A DNA stretch of 33,494 nucleotides. It comes from an uncultured Eggerthellaceae bacterium (GTDB taxonomy: Bacteria > Actinomycetota > Coriobacteriia > Coriobacteriales > Eggerthellaceae). The stretch is taken from assembly GCA_963558905.1 (NCBI GenBank), contig CAUWJA010000001.1, positions 1-33,494 of the forward strand, given 5' to 3'. Positions 18,965-28,218 of this stretch are shown here, piece after piece. The position numbers and the translations under genes are program-made. Under the pieces are notes generated by a model. The model was not told the origin of the DNA and searched no databases. It saw nothing but the letters and a program-made list of their open reading frames with translations. How positions within the stretch are numbered: the first letter of the stretch is position 1; each line of letters begins with the position of its first letter.

Positions 18965-20280
18965 AAAAGGCCTCCGTGCCCGACCGTGCTGCCGCGGTGA
19001 TTGCGCGCGCCTGTGCAAGCGTTGCAGGCGGTACGGACTTCGCGGCCGATGCGGGCGCCGTCGATGCAGACGCTGTCGGCGCGTGCCCTGCTGTGGCCAT
19101 GGTCAGCGGCGGCTCGGACAGCGTGGCGCTGGCGTACGCTCTGGCGGATCTGCGCGATGCCGGCCGGTTGCCGTGTCGGGTCGCCTTCGTGCATATCAAC
19201 CATAACTTGCGTGGCGAAGCGTCTGACGGCGATGCTGCCTTCGTGCGGGCTCTTGCGCGGCATCTTGGCTTTGAGCTGCGGGAATTTTCCATCGATGTGC
19301 CAGCGCTCATGGGGGATGGCGGCAATATGGAGGCCGTTGCCCGCGCCGCCCGCTACCGCGCTGCGGCCCAGGCCCTCTCAGAGCTCGGTGCCGAGGCGTC
19401 GACCGAAACCCCTGACGCCGCCCCGTGCGGCCTGGTGCTCACGGCCCATACGGCCGATGACCGGGTCGAGAACTTCTTCATGCGTGCCATCGTGGGCACG
19501 GGTCCGGGCGGCTTCCGTTCCATGGGCTACGTGTCGCAGGTGGAGGGTTGCGCGGTGTGCCGTCCGCTTCTGGATATGGGCCGCGAAGAGCTGCGGGAAT
19601 TCATCCGTTCGCACGCCGATGCGCTGCTTGACCCCGCGGCCCCGGCCGACTGCGCCGCTCCGGGCGGTTTTTGCGCCCCGGGAGGCCGTGCCCTCTCGTT
19701 TGCGCCCGATGGTTGCGCTGCCGTGCAGCCTGCGCTTTGGCGCGAGGATGCCACCAACGCCGACACCGACCGATTCCGCGCGTACGTCCGCCGCGAAATC
19801 GTGCCGCAGGCGAAAGCGCGCAATCCGCGCCTGCTTGATACGTTGACGCGCACCATGAACCTGATTGCGCAAGAGGATGATATGGTTGCCGCTATGGCCG
19901 ATGAGCTGGCAGCCCGCATGGTCCGCCGGCTTGATGCGGCGGGTTGCAAGGCTGCGCCCTCGACCGGTTGCAATGCGCCTGCTGTGGCTGCTGCCGGGTT
20001 TGCGGCCGGTGCGTTGCACGGCTCCGCCGGCGTGCTGATTGCGCCCGAGCTGGCCGAAAGCCCCGTTCCCCTTCAGCGCCGCGTGCTTGATTCGGTGCTG
20101 ACGGCGCTTCTTCCCGCCGATGATCGCGTTGAAACCGCCAGCATCGAGGCGTGCCTTTCGTGTTTGGGGGCATCCGGCCGTGTGGTGAACATCCAGGGCG
20201 ATCTGGCGGTCAGCTACAACAAGCGCGGCCTGCGCATCGAGCCCATGGCCGCCTTCCGCGCCCGTCGCAATCGGGGTTGA
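18961..20280 (+). CDS. tilS: tRNA(Ile)-lysidine synthetase
   Basis: PP-loop SGGSDS, HINHNLRG, EAVARAARY, TAHTADD, RPLL, WREDATN; ATGA overlap with maf. Confidence 0.9.
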   Translation: MKKASVPDRAAAVIARACASVAGGTDFAADAGAVDADAVGACPAVAMVSGGSDSVALAYALADLRDAGRLPCRVAFVHINHNLRGEASDGDAAFVRALARHLGFELREFSIDVPALMGDGGNMEAVARAARYRAAAQALSELGAEASTETPDAAPCGLVLTAHTADDRVENFFMRAIVGTGPGGFRSMGYVSQVEGCAVCRPLLDMGREELREFIRSHADALLDPAAPADCAAPGGFCAPGGRALSFAPDGCAAVQPALWREDATNADTDRFRAYVRREIVPQAKARNPRLLDTLTRTMNLIAQEDDMVAAMADELAARMVRRLDAAGCKAAPSTGCNAPAVAAAGFAAGALHGSAGVLIAPELAESPVPLQRRVLDSVLTALLPADDRVETASIEACLSCLGASGRVVNIQGDLAVSYNKRGLRIEPMAAFRARRNRG

Positions 20281-20338
20281 CGACAGGCGCGCGGCATGCG
20301 GGCCGTAGTGCGCGGCGTTTGGGTCGAAGCCGCGTTTT

Positions 20339-20500
20339 CGCACCGAATCGGAAGTGTTTCGGGACTTGGAGCGGGTTTTGAAGGCGAGACGCCTCATTAT
20401 TTCGGAACCCTGGATGATGGAGCAATCCTGAGCTGGGATTATTCGAGCCGTTTCGGTTCTGGATTCGCGCTGCGTCCCGAAAAACTTCGGTTTTGCTGCG
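20339..20500. repeat. Long palindromic intergenic element, copy 2
   Basis: 27-bp IR cgcaccgaatcggaagtgtttcgggac / gtcccgaaaaacttcggttttgctgcg (22/27 match). TGAGCTGGG at 20429. Confidence 0.7.
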
Positions 20501-20537
20501 CTCTGGGCGTTCGGTGGGAAATTTGGACAATGGCGGG

Positions 20538-21464
20538 TTACTGTTCCACCTTGGTCACGCGGAGTTCGATTTCCTCCAAGCTCTGGGAATCGACCAGGCC
20601 GGTGTATTCCGGATCGAGCGTGAATGCGATGGCGGTGTTGGGCGCGACATTCTGGGAGACGACGCGATAGGACTTGAGGGCCTCGATGTCGTTGGTGTCT
20701 ATGAACGATCCGTCGTCGGCGACAGGCACAAGCTTCACGTTGTCTTCGCCGTAATGGTCGCGCAGATCCCCTGCCATCGAGATGTAGCCTGCCGAGGCAA
20801 GGTTTCTGCCGACGTAATCCTGCACGTAGCGGGTCTCGGGGCCGGGGCATGCATCGATCTGGGTCAGGGGGATGTCGAAGGTGGGCGTGTCCGAGCCGCC
20901 GACCGGCTTGACCAACAGCACGATGGAATCGATGCTCGAACATCTGACCAGGTTGTCGTATTCCTCTCCGTTCTCATCGACGTCGAATATGAGCTTGATC
21001 TCGGTATTCGGCTTGAGGTTCTGGCTCACGACCACGTATCCCTTGAGCGCCTCTTCGTCCGTGACGTCCACATAGGAGCCGTCGGTGGAAACGGGAACCA
21101 GCTTCACGTTCGAGGCGCCGTAGCGGTCACGCAGGTCGTTGCTCATGGAGACGTATCCGACGTTTGCGAGGTTCGAGCCTGCGTAATTTTTCACGTACCA
21201 GGTGTATTTGTCGGGAGACTGCATGATGGTTATCTGCTCAGGTGCGCTCTGCTCGGCGGCAGAATCGGAGGTTTGCGCGCCTTGCTGTCCTTCTGCCTGT
21301 CCCTGGTCCTGAGTGCCCTGCTGGGCTGAGCAGCCGGCCATGCCTGCAATCGCCATGCACAGGATGCAGGCGACGATGGTGGATGCGAGCAGGCGGGCCC
21401 TGCCTTTCGCGCCGGTTTCGTTTCGATGGCGGCACTTCGAGTGCGCAGCTGCAGATTGGTCCAT
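20538..21464 (-). CDS. Lipoprotein with a tandemly duplicated ~120-aa domain
   Basis: GAAAGGAGG RBS, lipobox MAGC. Repeats YVKNYAGSNLANVGYVSMSNDLRDRYG / YVQDYVGRNLASAGYISMAGDLRDHYG. Confidence 0.8.
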   Translation of the reverse strand: MDQSAAAHSKCRHRNETGAKGRARLLASTIVACILCMAIAGMAGCSAQQGTQDQGQAEGQQGAQTSDSAAEQSAPEQITIMQSPDKYTWYVKNYAGSNLANVGYVSMSNDLRDRYGASNVKLVPVSTDGSYVDVTDEEALKGYVVVSQNLKPNTEIKLIFDVDENGEEYDNLVRCSSIDSIVLLVKPVGGSDTPTFDIPLTQIDACPGPETRYVQDYVGRNLASAGYISMAGDLRDHYGEDNVKLVPVADDGSFIDTNDIEALKSYRVVSQNVAPNTAIAFTLDPEYTGLVDSQSLEEIELRVTKVEQ

Positions 21465-21552
21465 GGGGGGACCTCCTTTCAGGGGAGTGGATGAAATCGC
21501 GAAGCGGATTTCCGATCGCCCTACAGTGGGAGATTCGCTTGGACCAACGGTA

Positions 21553-21575
21553 GACCGCGAAGACGCTTCGCGGTC
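21553..21575. terminator. Perfect 10-bp hairpin downstream of cydC (possible terminator)
   Basis: gaccgcgaag-acg-cttcgcggtc; no clear U tract. Confidence 0.45.
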
Positions 21576-21595
21576 AAGGGCGCTTCAGCCAGGTT

Positions 21596-23488
21596 TCAAA
21601 CTCCGCGGTCGAAGGCGAGCAGCGTGCGGTAATGCGGGCTCGTGCGCTCGAGCTCCGCGGGCGAGGCATCCAGCAGCACGTCGCCATCGCGGCCCACGCG
21701 GCCGCCGTCCAGGAAGATGACGCGGTCCATGAGCCCTGCGCCTTCCAGGTGATGGGTGACCATGATGAGCGTGCGGCCGGTCAGCGTTTCGACCAGCGTG
21801 GTGAGAAGCGCCTGCTCGGTTGCGGGGTCAAGGCCCGCGCATGGTTCATCCAGGATGACGATGGGGGCGTCTTGCAGCAGCACCCGGGCAAGTGCGATGC
21901 GGTGCCGCTCGCCGCCGGAGAAGCGCAAGCCGGCTTCGTCGACCATGGTGTCAAGGCCGTCGGGCAAGCGTCGGACCATGTCACCGAGCCCTACCTGCTC
22001 CAGCACGCGCCATGCGTCATCTCGGGTTGCATGCGCATTGCCTACGCGCAGGTTCTCCAGAAGCGTGGTATGGAAAAGGTAGGTGGTCTGTTGGATGACG
22101 CCGATGTAGCGGGCTATGCCATCGCCGAGGGCTGCGGGGTCCGCTCCGCCGATGCGCACGGTGCCCGCGTCGCCGACCAGGTCCCCGCGCAGAATCTGCG
22201 TGAGCGTGCTTTTGCCGGCACCGCTGCGGCCCAGGATGGCAACCTTCTGACCGGCGGGAATGTGGAGGCTCAGGCCGTCGAGCACCGCGCGGTGCGTGCC
22301 GGGGTAGGCGAAGGTGACGTCTGCAAGGTCGATGTCGAAAGGAGCGCAGGGTTCGGTGGACGCAATCGCGGTGCGGGGTTCGGGGGGCTCGGTTGCCGTG
22401 GCGGGCTGCGCAGCGTCGGCCGCAGATGCAGCCGCAGACACGGCGGCGTCCGGGTTGGGCAGATCGTTGAGGCGTTCGATGGAATCGCGGTAGGCTCCTG
22501 CCTGGACGGCTGCGGTCGATAGCGGAGCGAAGGCGTCGATCAGCGGGAAGAATGCCAGCACGAAGGCGGCGATCCAGTTGGCGGCCGGTGCGTTGGCGCC
22601 GCCGAAATGCGCGCCCGCCCACACGAGCAGCACGGCAGCGCCCACGGCGAAGATGGCCTGTGCGGCCAGATCGCGTCGGCGGGAGAACCGTTCCATCTCG
22701 GCCTCGATCCGTGCGGCATCCGCCGCGGCATCATGGCATCGGGCTAGGTAATCGCCGCTGCGCTGGGAAAACACCCAGTCGGCGGCGCCCAGCACGTTGT
22801 CGGTCAGCTCAGCGTACAGCTCGTTGCGCAGCTCCTTGAGCTTCGCCTGGCGCGCGCCGTTGCAGATGACGGAGACCAGCGGCACCACGAACACGAGCAC
22901 ACCTAAGATCAGCAGCATGGCGCAGGCGATCCATGGCGAGAAGAAACCCAGCGCAGCCACGGCGCCGGCGTAGATGAGCAGCGCCACCACGGTGGGGAAC
23001 AGCGTACGCAGATACAGGTCCTGCAGATGCCCGATGTCTTCGGCCAGGAGGCCCAGCACGTCGCCCGTGCGGCGGGCGCCCCGCATGACGGCAGGGTCGC
23101 GCTCAAGGGACTCGTAGAGTTTCAATCGCAGCTTCGACGTCATGCGCAGAACCCAATCGTGGCTGGTCAGGCGCTCGATGTATTGCAGAACGGGCTTGCC
23201 CAGGCCGAAGATGCGCACGAATATCAGCGGCAGATGCAGCGCCAGGATGGTTTCCACCATGGCGGCGCCGCTGATCAGGTAGCCGGACGTGAACATGAGC
23301 AGCACGGCGAAGGCGTAGGTGATGAAACCCAGCGCAAGCGCAGCGGCAAGCGCCTTGCGGTAATGCTTGAAAAACGGCTTGACCCACCGGTCGCGGCGGA
23401 TGGTGGTGCGGATGCCCGCGAGAGTTGCGCGGTCGGTTCGCCCGGTGCGGATGCGCCCGCGGTCCATGCGGTGCGTATTTCCGGTCAT
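21596..23488 (-). CDS. cydC: Thiol reductant ABC exporter subunit CydC
   Basis: FTSGYLIS, VRIFG..KPVLQYIERLTSHD, LYLRTLFP; NBD motifs GRSGAGKST, FSGGE, ILDEP. Confidence 0.9.
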   Translation of the reverse strand: MTGNTHRMDRGRIRTGRTDRATLAGIRTTIRRDRWVKPFFKHYRKALAAALALGFITYAFAVLLMFTSGYLISGAAMVETILALHLPLIFVRIFGLGKPVLQYIERLTSHDWVLRMTSKLRLKLYESLERDPAVMRGARRTGDVLGLLAEDIGHLQDLYLRTLFPTVVALLIYAGAVAALGFFSPWIACAMLLILGVLVFVVPLVSVICNGARQAKLKELRNELYAELTDNVLGAADWVFSQRSGDYLARCHDAAADAARIEAEMERFSRRRDLAAQAIFAVGAAVLLVWAGAHFGGANAPAANWIAAFVLAFFPLIDAFAPLSTAAVQAGAYRDSIERLNDLPNPDAAVSAAASAADAAQPATATEPPEPRTAIASTEPCAPFDIDLADVTFAYPGTHRAVLDGLSLHIPAGQKVAILGRSGAGKSTLTQILRGDLVGDAGTVRIGGADPAALGDGIARYIGVIQQTTYLFHTTLLENLRVGNAHATRDDAWRVLEQVGLGDMVRRLPDGLDTMVDEAGLRFSGGERHRIALARVLLQDAPIVILDEPCAGLDPATEQALLTTLVETLTGRTLIMVTHHLEGAGLMDRVIFLDGGRVGRDGDVLLDASPAELERTSPHYRTLLAFDRGV

Positions 23489-25227
23489 TTCGCCATCACC
23501 TCCTGCGGGGTGCCGATGGCGGCTATGCGGCCGTGATCGAGCACGATGACCTGGTCCATGTCGTCCATCCAGTGCAGGCGGTGCGTGGCGAAGATCACCA
23601 GACGGTCCTCCATGAGCGGCAGCATCCGTGCTTTGAGCTCGTATTCGGTCTCGATGTCCAGATGCGCGGTGGGTTCGTCGAACAGGATGATGCGGCGCGA
23701 GCGGTCCAGAAGCGCGCGGGCGATGGCGATGCGCTGGGCCTGGCCGCCCGAAAGCGCGCGCTCCCCTTCGCCTATGAGGGTGTCGATGCCTCGGGGCAGC
23801 TCGTCGGCAAGTTCGCGCAGACCGACTGCGTCGATGGCCTGTTGAACTGCGATTTCGTCTGCATCGGGGGTGTAGAACGCCACATTCTCGCGCAGTGTGG
23901 CATGGAAGATGTAGGGGTTCTGCGGGATATAGATGACCTGGCGCTGCCAGCTGTCCTGGTGCAGGCTCGCAAGCTCGACGGGGGCGGAGGGCGCGGCCGG
24001 GCTTGCCGAACCGGCCCGGTCGTCAGGTCCGGGGCCTGTGACGCAGCCCGCCACGGAGAAGCCGCCCGAAGTGGGGGCGGAGAATCCCGCCAGGATGCCG
24101 ACCAGGGTGCTTTTGCCCGATCCGCTGGCGCCGATGATGCCTACGCGGCTGAATCCGCGCAGCACGGCATCGATGCCGTCAAGCGCGGGTCCGGTGCTTT
24201 CACGGTATGAAAACACCAGGTCGCGAAGGTGAAGCTCGGAATCTTCGCCCCATTCGCCCAGCTGAACCTGCTCGGGCTTCGCATCGGGTTCGGCGATGAT
24301 CGCCGTCACATCGGCAAGCGCGTTCTTGCCGTCGAGCGAGGCGTGGTAGTCGCTGGCGAATTCGCGCACGGGCTTGAAGTACTCAGGCACCAGGATCAGC
24401 GTGAGCAGGGCGGGGAAGAGCGCGATGGTGCCGTCGACCAGACGGAAACCCAGCATGATGGCAACGCCTGCAAGCGACAACGTGGCGAACAGGTCAAGCA
24501 CCGCGCCGGAGAGCGTGGCCACGCGCAAGGTTTTGACGGTGACTTCGCGGAACCGTTCGCTGGTTTGGAAGATGGAGTCTCCGTAGGCTTTGCTGCGGCC
24601 GAAGAGCTTGTGCGTGGCCAGACCGCGCAGCGAGTCGATGAAGTGGTTGGAGAGCACCTCGAACTGGGCGTATTGCTTGGCCGCCTCCGCCTTCGCGGTT
24701 TTGCCCAAAAGCACCATGTACAGCACGATGAACGGGAACATGATGCCTGCGATCAGGCCCGACACCCAGTCATGGGGGATGATGAAGGCCAGAAGCACCA
24801 GCGGGATGATGAGCACGGCGACCATCTTCGGCACGATGATGGCCAGGTACGCATCGATGCGGTCGATCCCCTCGATGGCAAGCGAGGCGACCGATCCCGT
24901 GCCGCGGCGTTGGATGAGGGCGGGGCCTTGGGAGAATATCTTGGCTAGAAGCTCATCGCGCAGGCGGGAGGACTGCTCGTGCGCGTAGCGGTCGATGATG
25001 CGGCTCTTCGGGTTCAGGACGACCTGGCGCCCGATGAAGCATGCCAAGAACAGTGCGACCCAAAGCGCCTGGTCGGCAACGGGGTCGCCCAGCCAAAGAC
25101 CGGTAAGTGCGGAGGCCAGGGCGTAGGCCTGCCCGATGATGGCGATCGCCTGCAGGACCGTGAGCGCTGCCGCTATCGCCAGCTGGACCCGCATGCCGGG
25201 CAGGGCGAGGACCAGCTTGTCGAGCAT
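23485..25227 (-). CDS. cydD: Thiol reductant ABC exporter subunit CydD
   Basis: FIDSLRGL, TLRVATLSG.VLD, PEYFKPVREFASDYHA; NBD motifs LSGGQAQR, DEPTAHLD; GAAGGAGG RBS. Confidence 0.9.
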   Translation of the reverse strand: MLDKLVLALPGMRVQLAIAAALTVLQAIAIIGQAYALASALTGLWLGDPVADQALWVALFLACFIGRQVVLNPKSRIIDRYAHEQSSRLRDELLAKIFSQGPALIQRRGTGSVASLAIEGIDRIDAYLAIIVPKMVAVLIIPLVLLAFIIPHDWVSGLIAGIMFPFIVLYMVLLGKTAKAEAAKQYAQFEVLSNHFIDSLRGLATHKLFGRSKAYGDSIFQTSERFREVTVKTLRVATLSGAVLDLFATLSLAGVAIMLGFRLVDGTIALFPALLTLILVPEYFKPVREFASDYHASLDGKNALADVTAIIAEPDAKPEQVQLGEWGEDSELHLRDLVFSYRESTGPALDGIDAVLRGFSRVGIIGASGSGKSTLVGILAGFSAPTSGGFSVAGCVTGPGPDDRAGSASPAAPSAPVELASLHQDSWQRQVIYIPQNPYIFHATLRENVAFYTPDADEIAVQQAIDAVGLRELADELPRGIDTLIGEGERALSGGQAQRIAIARALLDRSRRIILFDEPTAHLDIETEYELKARMLPLMEDRLVIFATHRLHWMDDMDQVIVLDHGRIAAIGTPQEVMAK

Positions 25228-25306
25228 CCGATTCCTCCTTCGGGTGGGTGGCGGCGGTTGGGGGGGGGGTGTTTCCGTCGCAGTGCGCTTCGTACCTTTG
25301 GGGTGA

Positions 25307-25341
25307 TGCCAATATGCTACTAGGCAAGTAGCATATTGGCA
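25307..25341. promoter_or_regulatory. Perfect 15-bp inverted repeat, putative operator
   Basis: tgccaatatgctact-aggca-agtagcatattggca between divergent cydD and the XRE gene. Confidence 0.65.
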
Positions 25342-25551
25342 ATACGCAGTGCCATCATTGTCGTGAATCGTCCGTATTGTATGCCAATTTCCGCCTGACC
25401 TGGCCTTTGCAACCGCAAGGCGCTTTCAGATTGCATAAAATGAAGCCCTCGGTTGGTGGATTGGAAGGTCTGGCTACGGCAGAATCGGTGTGCCGGCATG
25501 AAGAATCCAGGGCGCGCCCCAAGCGCTGCCGTAACCGTGAAAGGAATCGCG

Positions 25552-26577
25552 ATGAGCTTCCGCGACAATCTGCAGAGCCTGCGTGCTCAGAAGAATATGA
25601 CCCAAGAGCAGCTTGCCATGCTGCTGGGGGTATCCCGCCAATCCGTCACCAAATGGGAAGCCGAGCGGTCGTACCCTGAAATGGACAAGCTAATCAAGAT
25701 GTGCGACATCTTCGAATGCTCGCTCGATGATCTGGTCAAGGGTGATTTGACGGGGCGCGCGTCTGCGGCCGCCGTGATGCCTGCGGGCAGGCCGGCCGAC
25801 GTGTGCGGCTACGACGAGCATCAGCGCATGCTGGCGTGGAAGATCCCCACGGGCATCGCGGCCATTCTGATGGGCGTGGCGTTCGCCTTGCTGTTCGACG
25901 GCCAGATGGACCTGGGGTCCGAAAGCTCCAACGGCGCCCTGTTCGTCATGCCGGTGTTCGTCGGCGTCATCGCGGGCTTGGCGCTGATCATCCCCGCCGG
26001 AATGGCGCACTCCGCGTTTGTGAAGGCGCATCCGTTCGTGGAGGACTTCTACACCGAAGAGGACAGGGCCCGTGCCCGCAAGCAGTTCTCGGCCGGGTTG
26101 ATCGCCGGCATCGCGTTCATCTTCGCGGGCATCTGCTGCATGATCATGATCGAGCCTGCGGCGGAAGGGTGGGCGTTCTTCCTGCTGATGACGTTCGTCG
26201 CGCTGGGCGTGTGGAACATCGTGCATTACGGGATTCTGCTCGGCCGCACGAACATCGCGGAGTACAACAAGTCCGTCGCCGACGAGCTTGAGATGGAAGA
26301 CATCGTGAACGCCCAGGTAGATGAGGCGTGGCGCAATGCGCTGGTGGCGAAGAAGCGCCGCAGCAAGAAGCTCGGCGCGGTGTGCGGCGTGATCATGCTC
26401 GTGTCCACGATCATCGGTCTGGCGCTGCTGTTCGTGCCGGTGTTTTCGGCACCTGACCTGGACTCCTTCGAGCCTTTGGGGACGTCGGCTTCGTGGTTCT
26501 GGATGGCGTGGGTCGTGGGCGGCATCCTGTGCGGCATCGTGTCGCTTCTATGGGAGGCCTTCGCGAAGGAAGACTGA
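25552..26577 (+). CDS. XRE-family HTH regulator with multi-pass membrane domain
   Basis: MTQEQLAMLLGVSRQSVTKWE...PEMDKL..CSLDDL, then about 6 TMs; GAAAGGA RBS before ATG 25552. Confidence 0.88.
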   Translation: MSFRDNLQSLRAQKNMTQEQLAMLLGVSRQSVTKWEAERSYPEMDKLIKMCDIFECSLDDLVKGDLTGRASAAAVMPAGRPADVCGYDEHQRMLAWKIPTGIAAILMGVAFALLFDGQMDLGSESSNGALFVMPVFVGVIAGLALIIPAGMAHSAFVKAHPFVEDFYTEEDRARARKQFSAGLIAGIAFIFAGICCMIMIEPAAEGWAFFLLMTFVALGVWNIVHYGILLGRTNIAEYNKSVADELEMEDIVNAQVDEAWRNALVAKKRRSKKLGAVCGVIMLVSTIIGLALLFVPVFSAPDLDSFEPLGTSASWFWMAWVVGGILCGIVSLLWEAFAKED

Positions 26578-26603
26578 TCAGGACCAGTCTTCCGGCCGAT
26601 GCC

Positions 26604-27420
26604 CTAGAGGGCGTCAGCCGGGCCGGTCTGCCCCGTGGTTTGCAGCGCGTGTTCGATGAGAGGTACGGCGCGGTGAGCCAGATACAGCGGGATGTTCAGC
26701 AGGTTCCCGTCGAACGACAGGTTGCGCAGCGACAGGCGCACGCGCAGCGGCGTTGCTTCCTGCCTGGCTTGGGCGTAGTAGCGAAGGCTCGGTGAGGTCA
26801 CGGAAACGCCCTCTTTGATCTCGATCGGAACGACGGTGTTGCTGACCTGCGCGATGCAATCGACCTCGTGTTTGGGCTTGTCGTTCGTCCAATATCGCGG
26901 CATGGCGTCGAGCTGCGGGATGAGCGCCTGCATCGCATAGTTCTCGGCGAACGCCCCCTTGAACTCAGCGAACAGGGCATCTTCGCGGGCGAAGGCGCTG
27001 GCGTCGAGCCTGGACAGACGGCGCAGCAGGCCCACATCCAGGCAGTACGCCTTGAAAGCGGACGCATCATCGTAGGCGGACAGGGGGATTCCCTTCGCGC
27101 TGTTCAACTTGATGCGGTGGATCAGCCCTGCATCCATGAGCCATTCCACGGCATCTTCGTATTCGCGCGCACGCGCCCCTTCGCGCACGATGCCCCAGGT
27201 GAACTTCTTGTTCTCGCGGGCAAGCTGTGCGGGAAGCGAATTCCATACCAGGGAGAGCTTGGCGAACTGCGCCCTGCCTCCATGCTTGGCGAAGTCCCGT
27301 TCGTAGGAATCAAGCAGGTCGGAGAGCACTTTGTCGACTGCGACGGTATCCTGCGTTTCGCACCAGCGCGCCACCGCCTCGGGCATGCCGCCCGTTGCGA
27401 AGAACCGTCCCAGGTGCTCG
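26604..27420 (-). pseudogene. 5'-truncated AAA_14 ATPase / DUF4143 gene
   Basis: Homology starts at the mid-protein motif ...FFATGGMPEAV. Has FKAYCLDVGLL, GAFAENY, EVD, PIEIK, but no Walker A/B and no RBS. Confidence 0.75.
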
Positions 27421-27426
27421 GGGACC

Positions 27427-28176
<750 letters not shown>

Positions 28177-28218
28177 GGTCGTTCCTCGGTTCTTGATGTG
28201 GGTCTGACGGCGCAGTGC

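Noticed and set aside
18961-20280. tilS as a pseudogene because of Ala/Pro-rich insertions
   Set aside because: The frame is intact and the catalytic motifs are present; the insertions look like variable loops.
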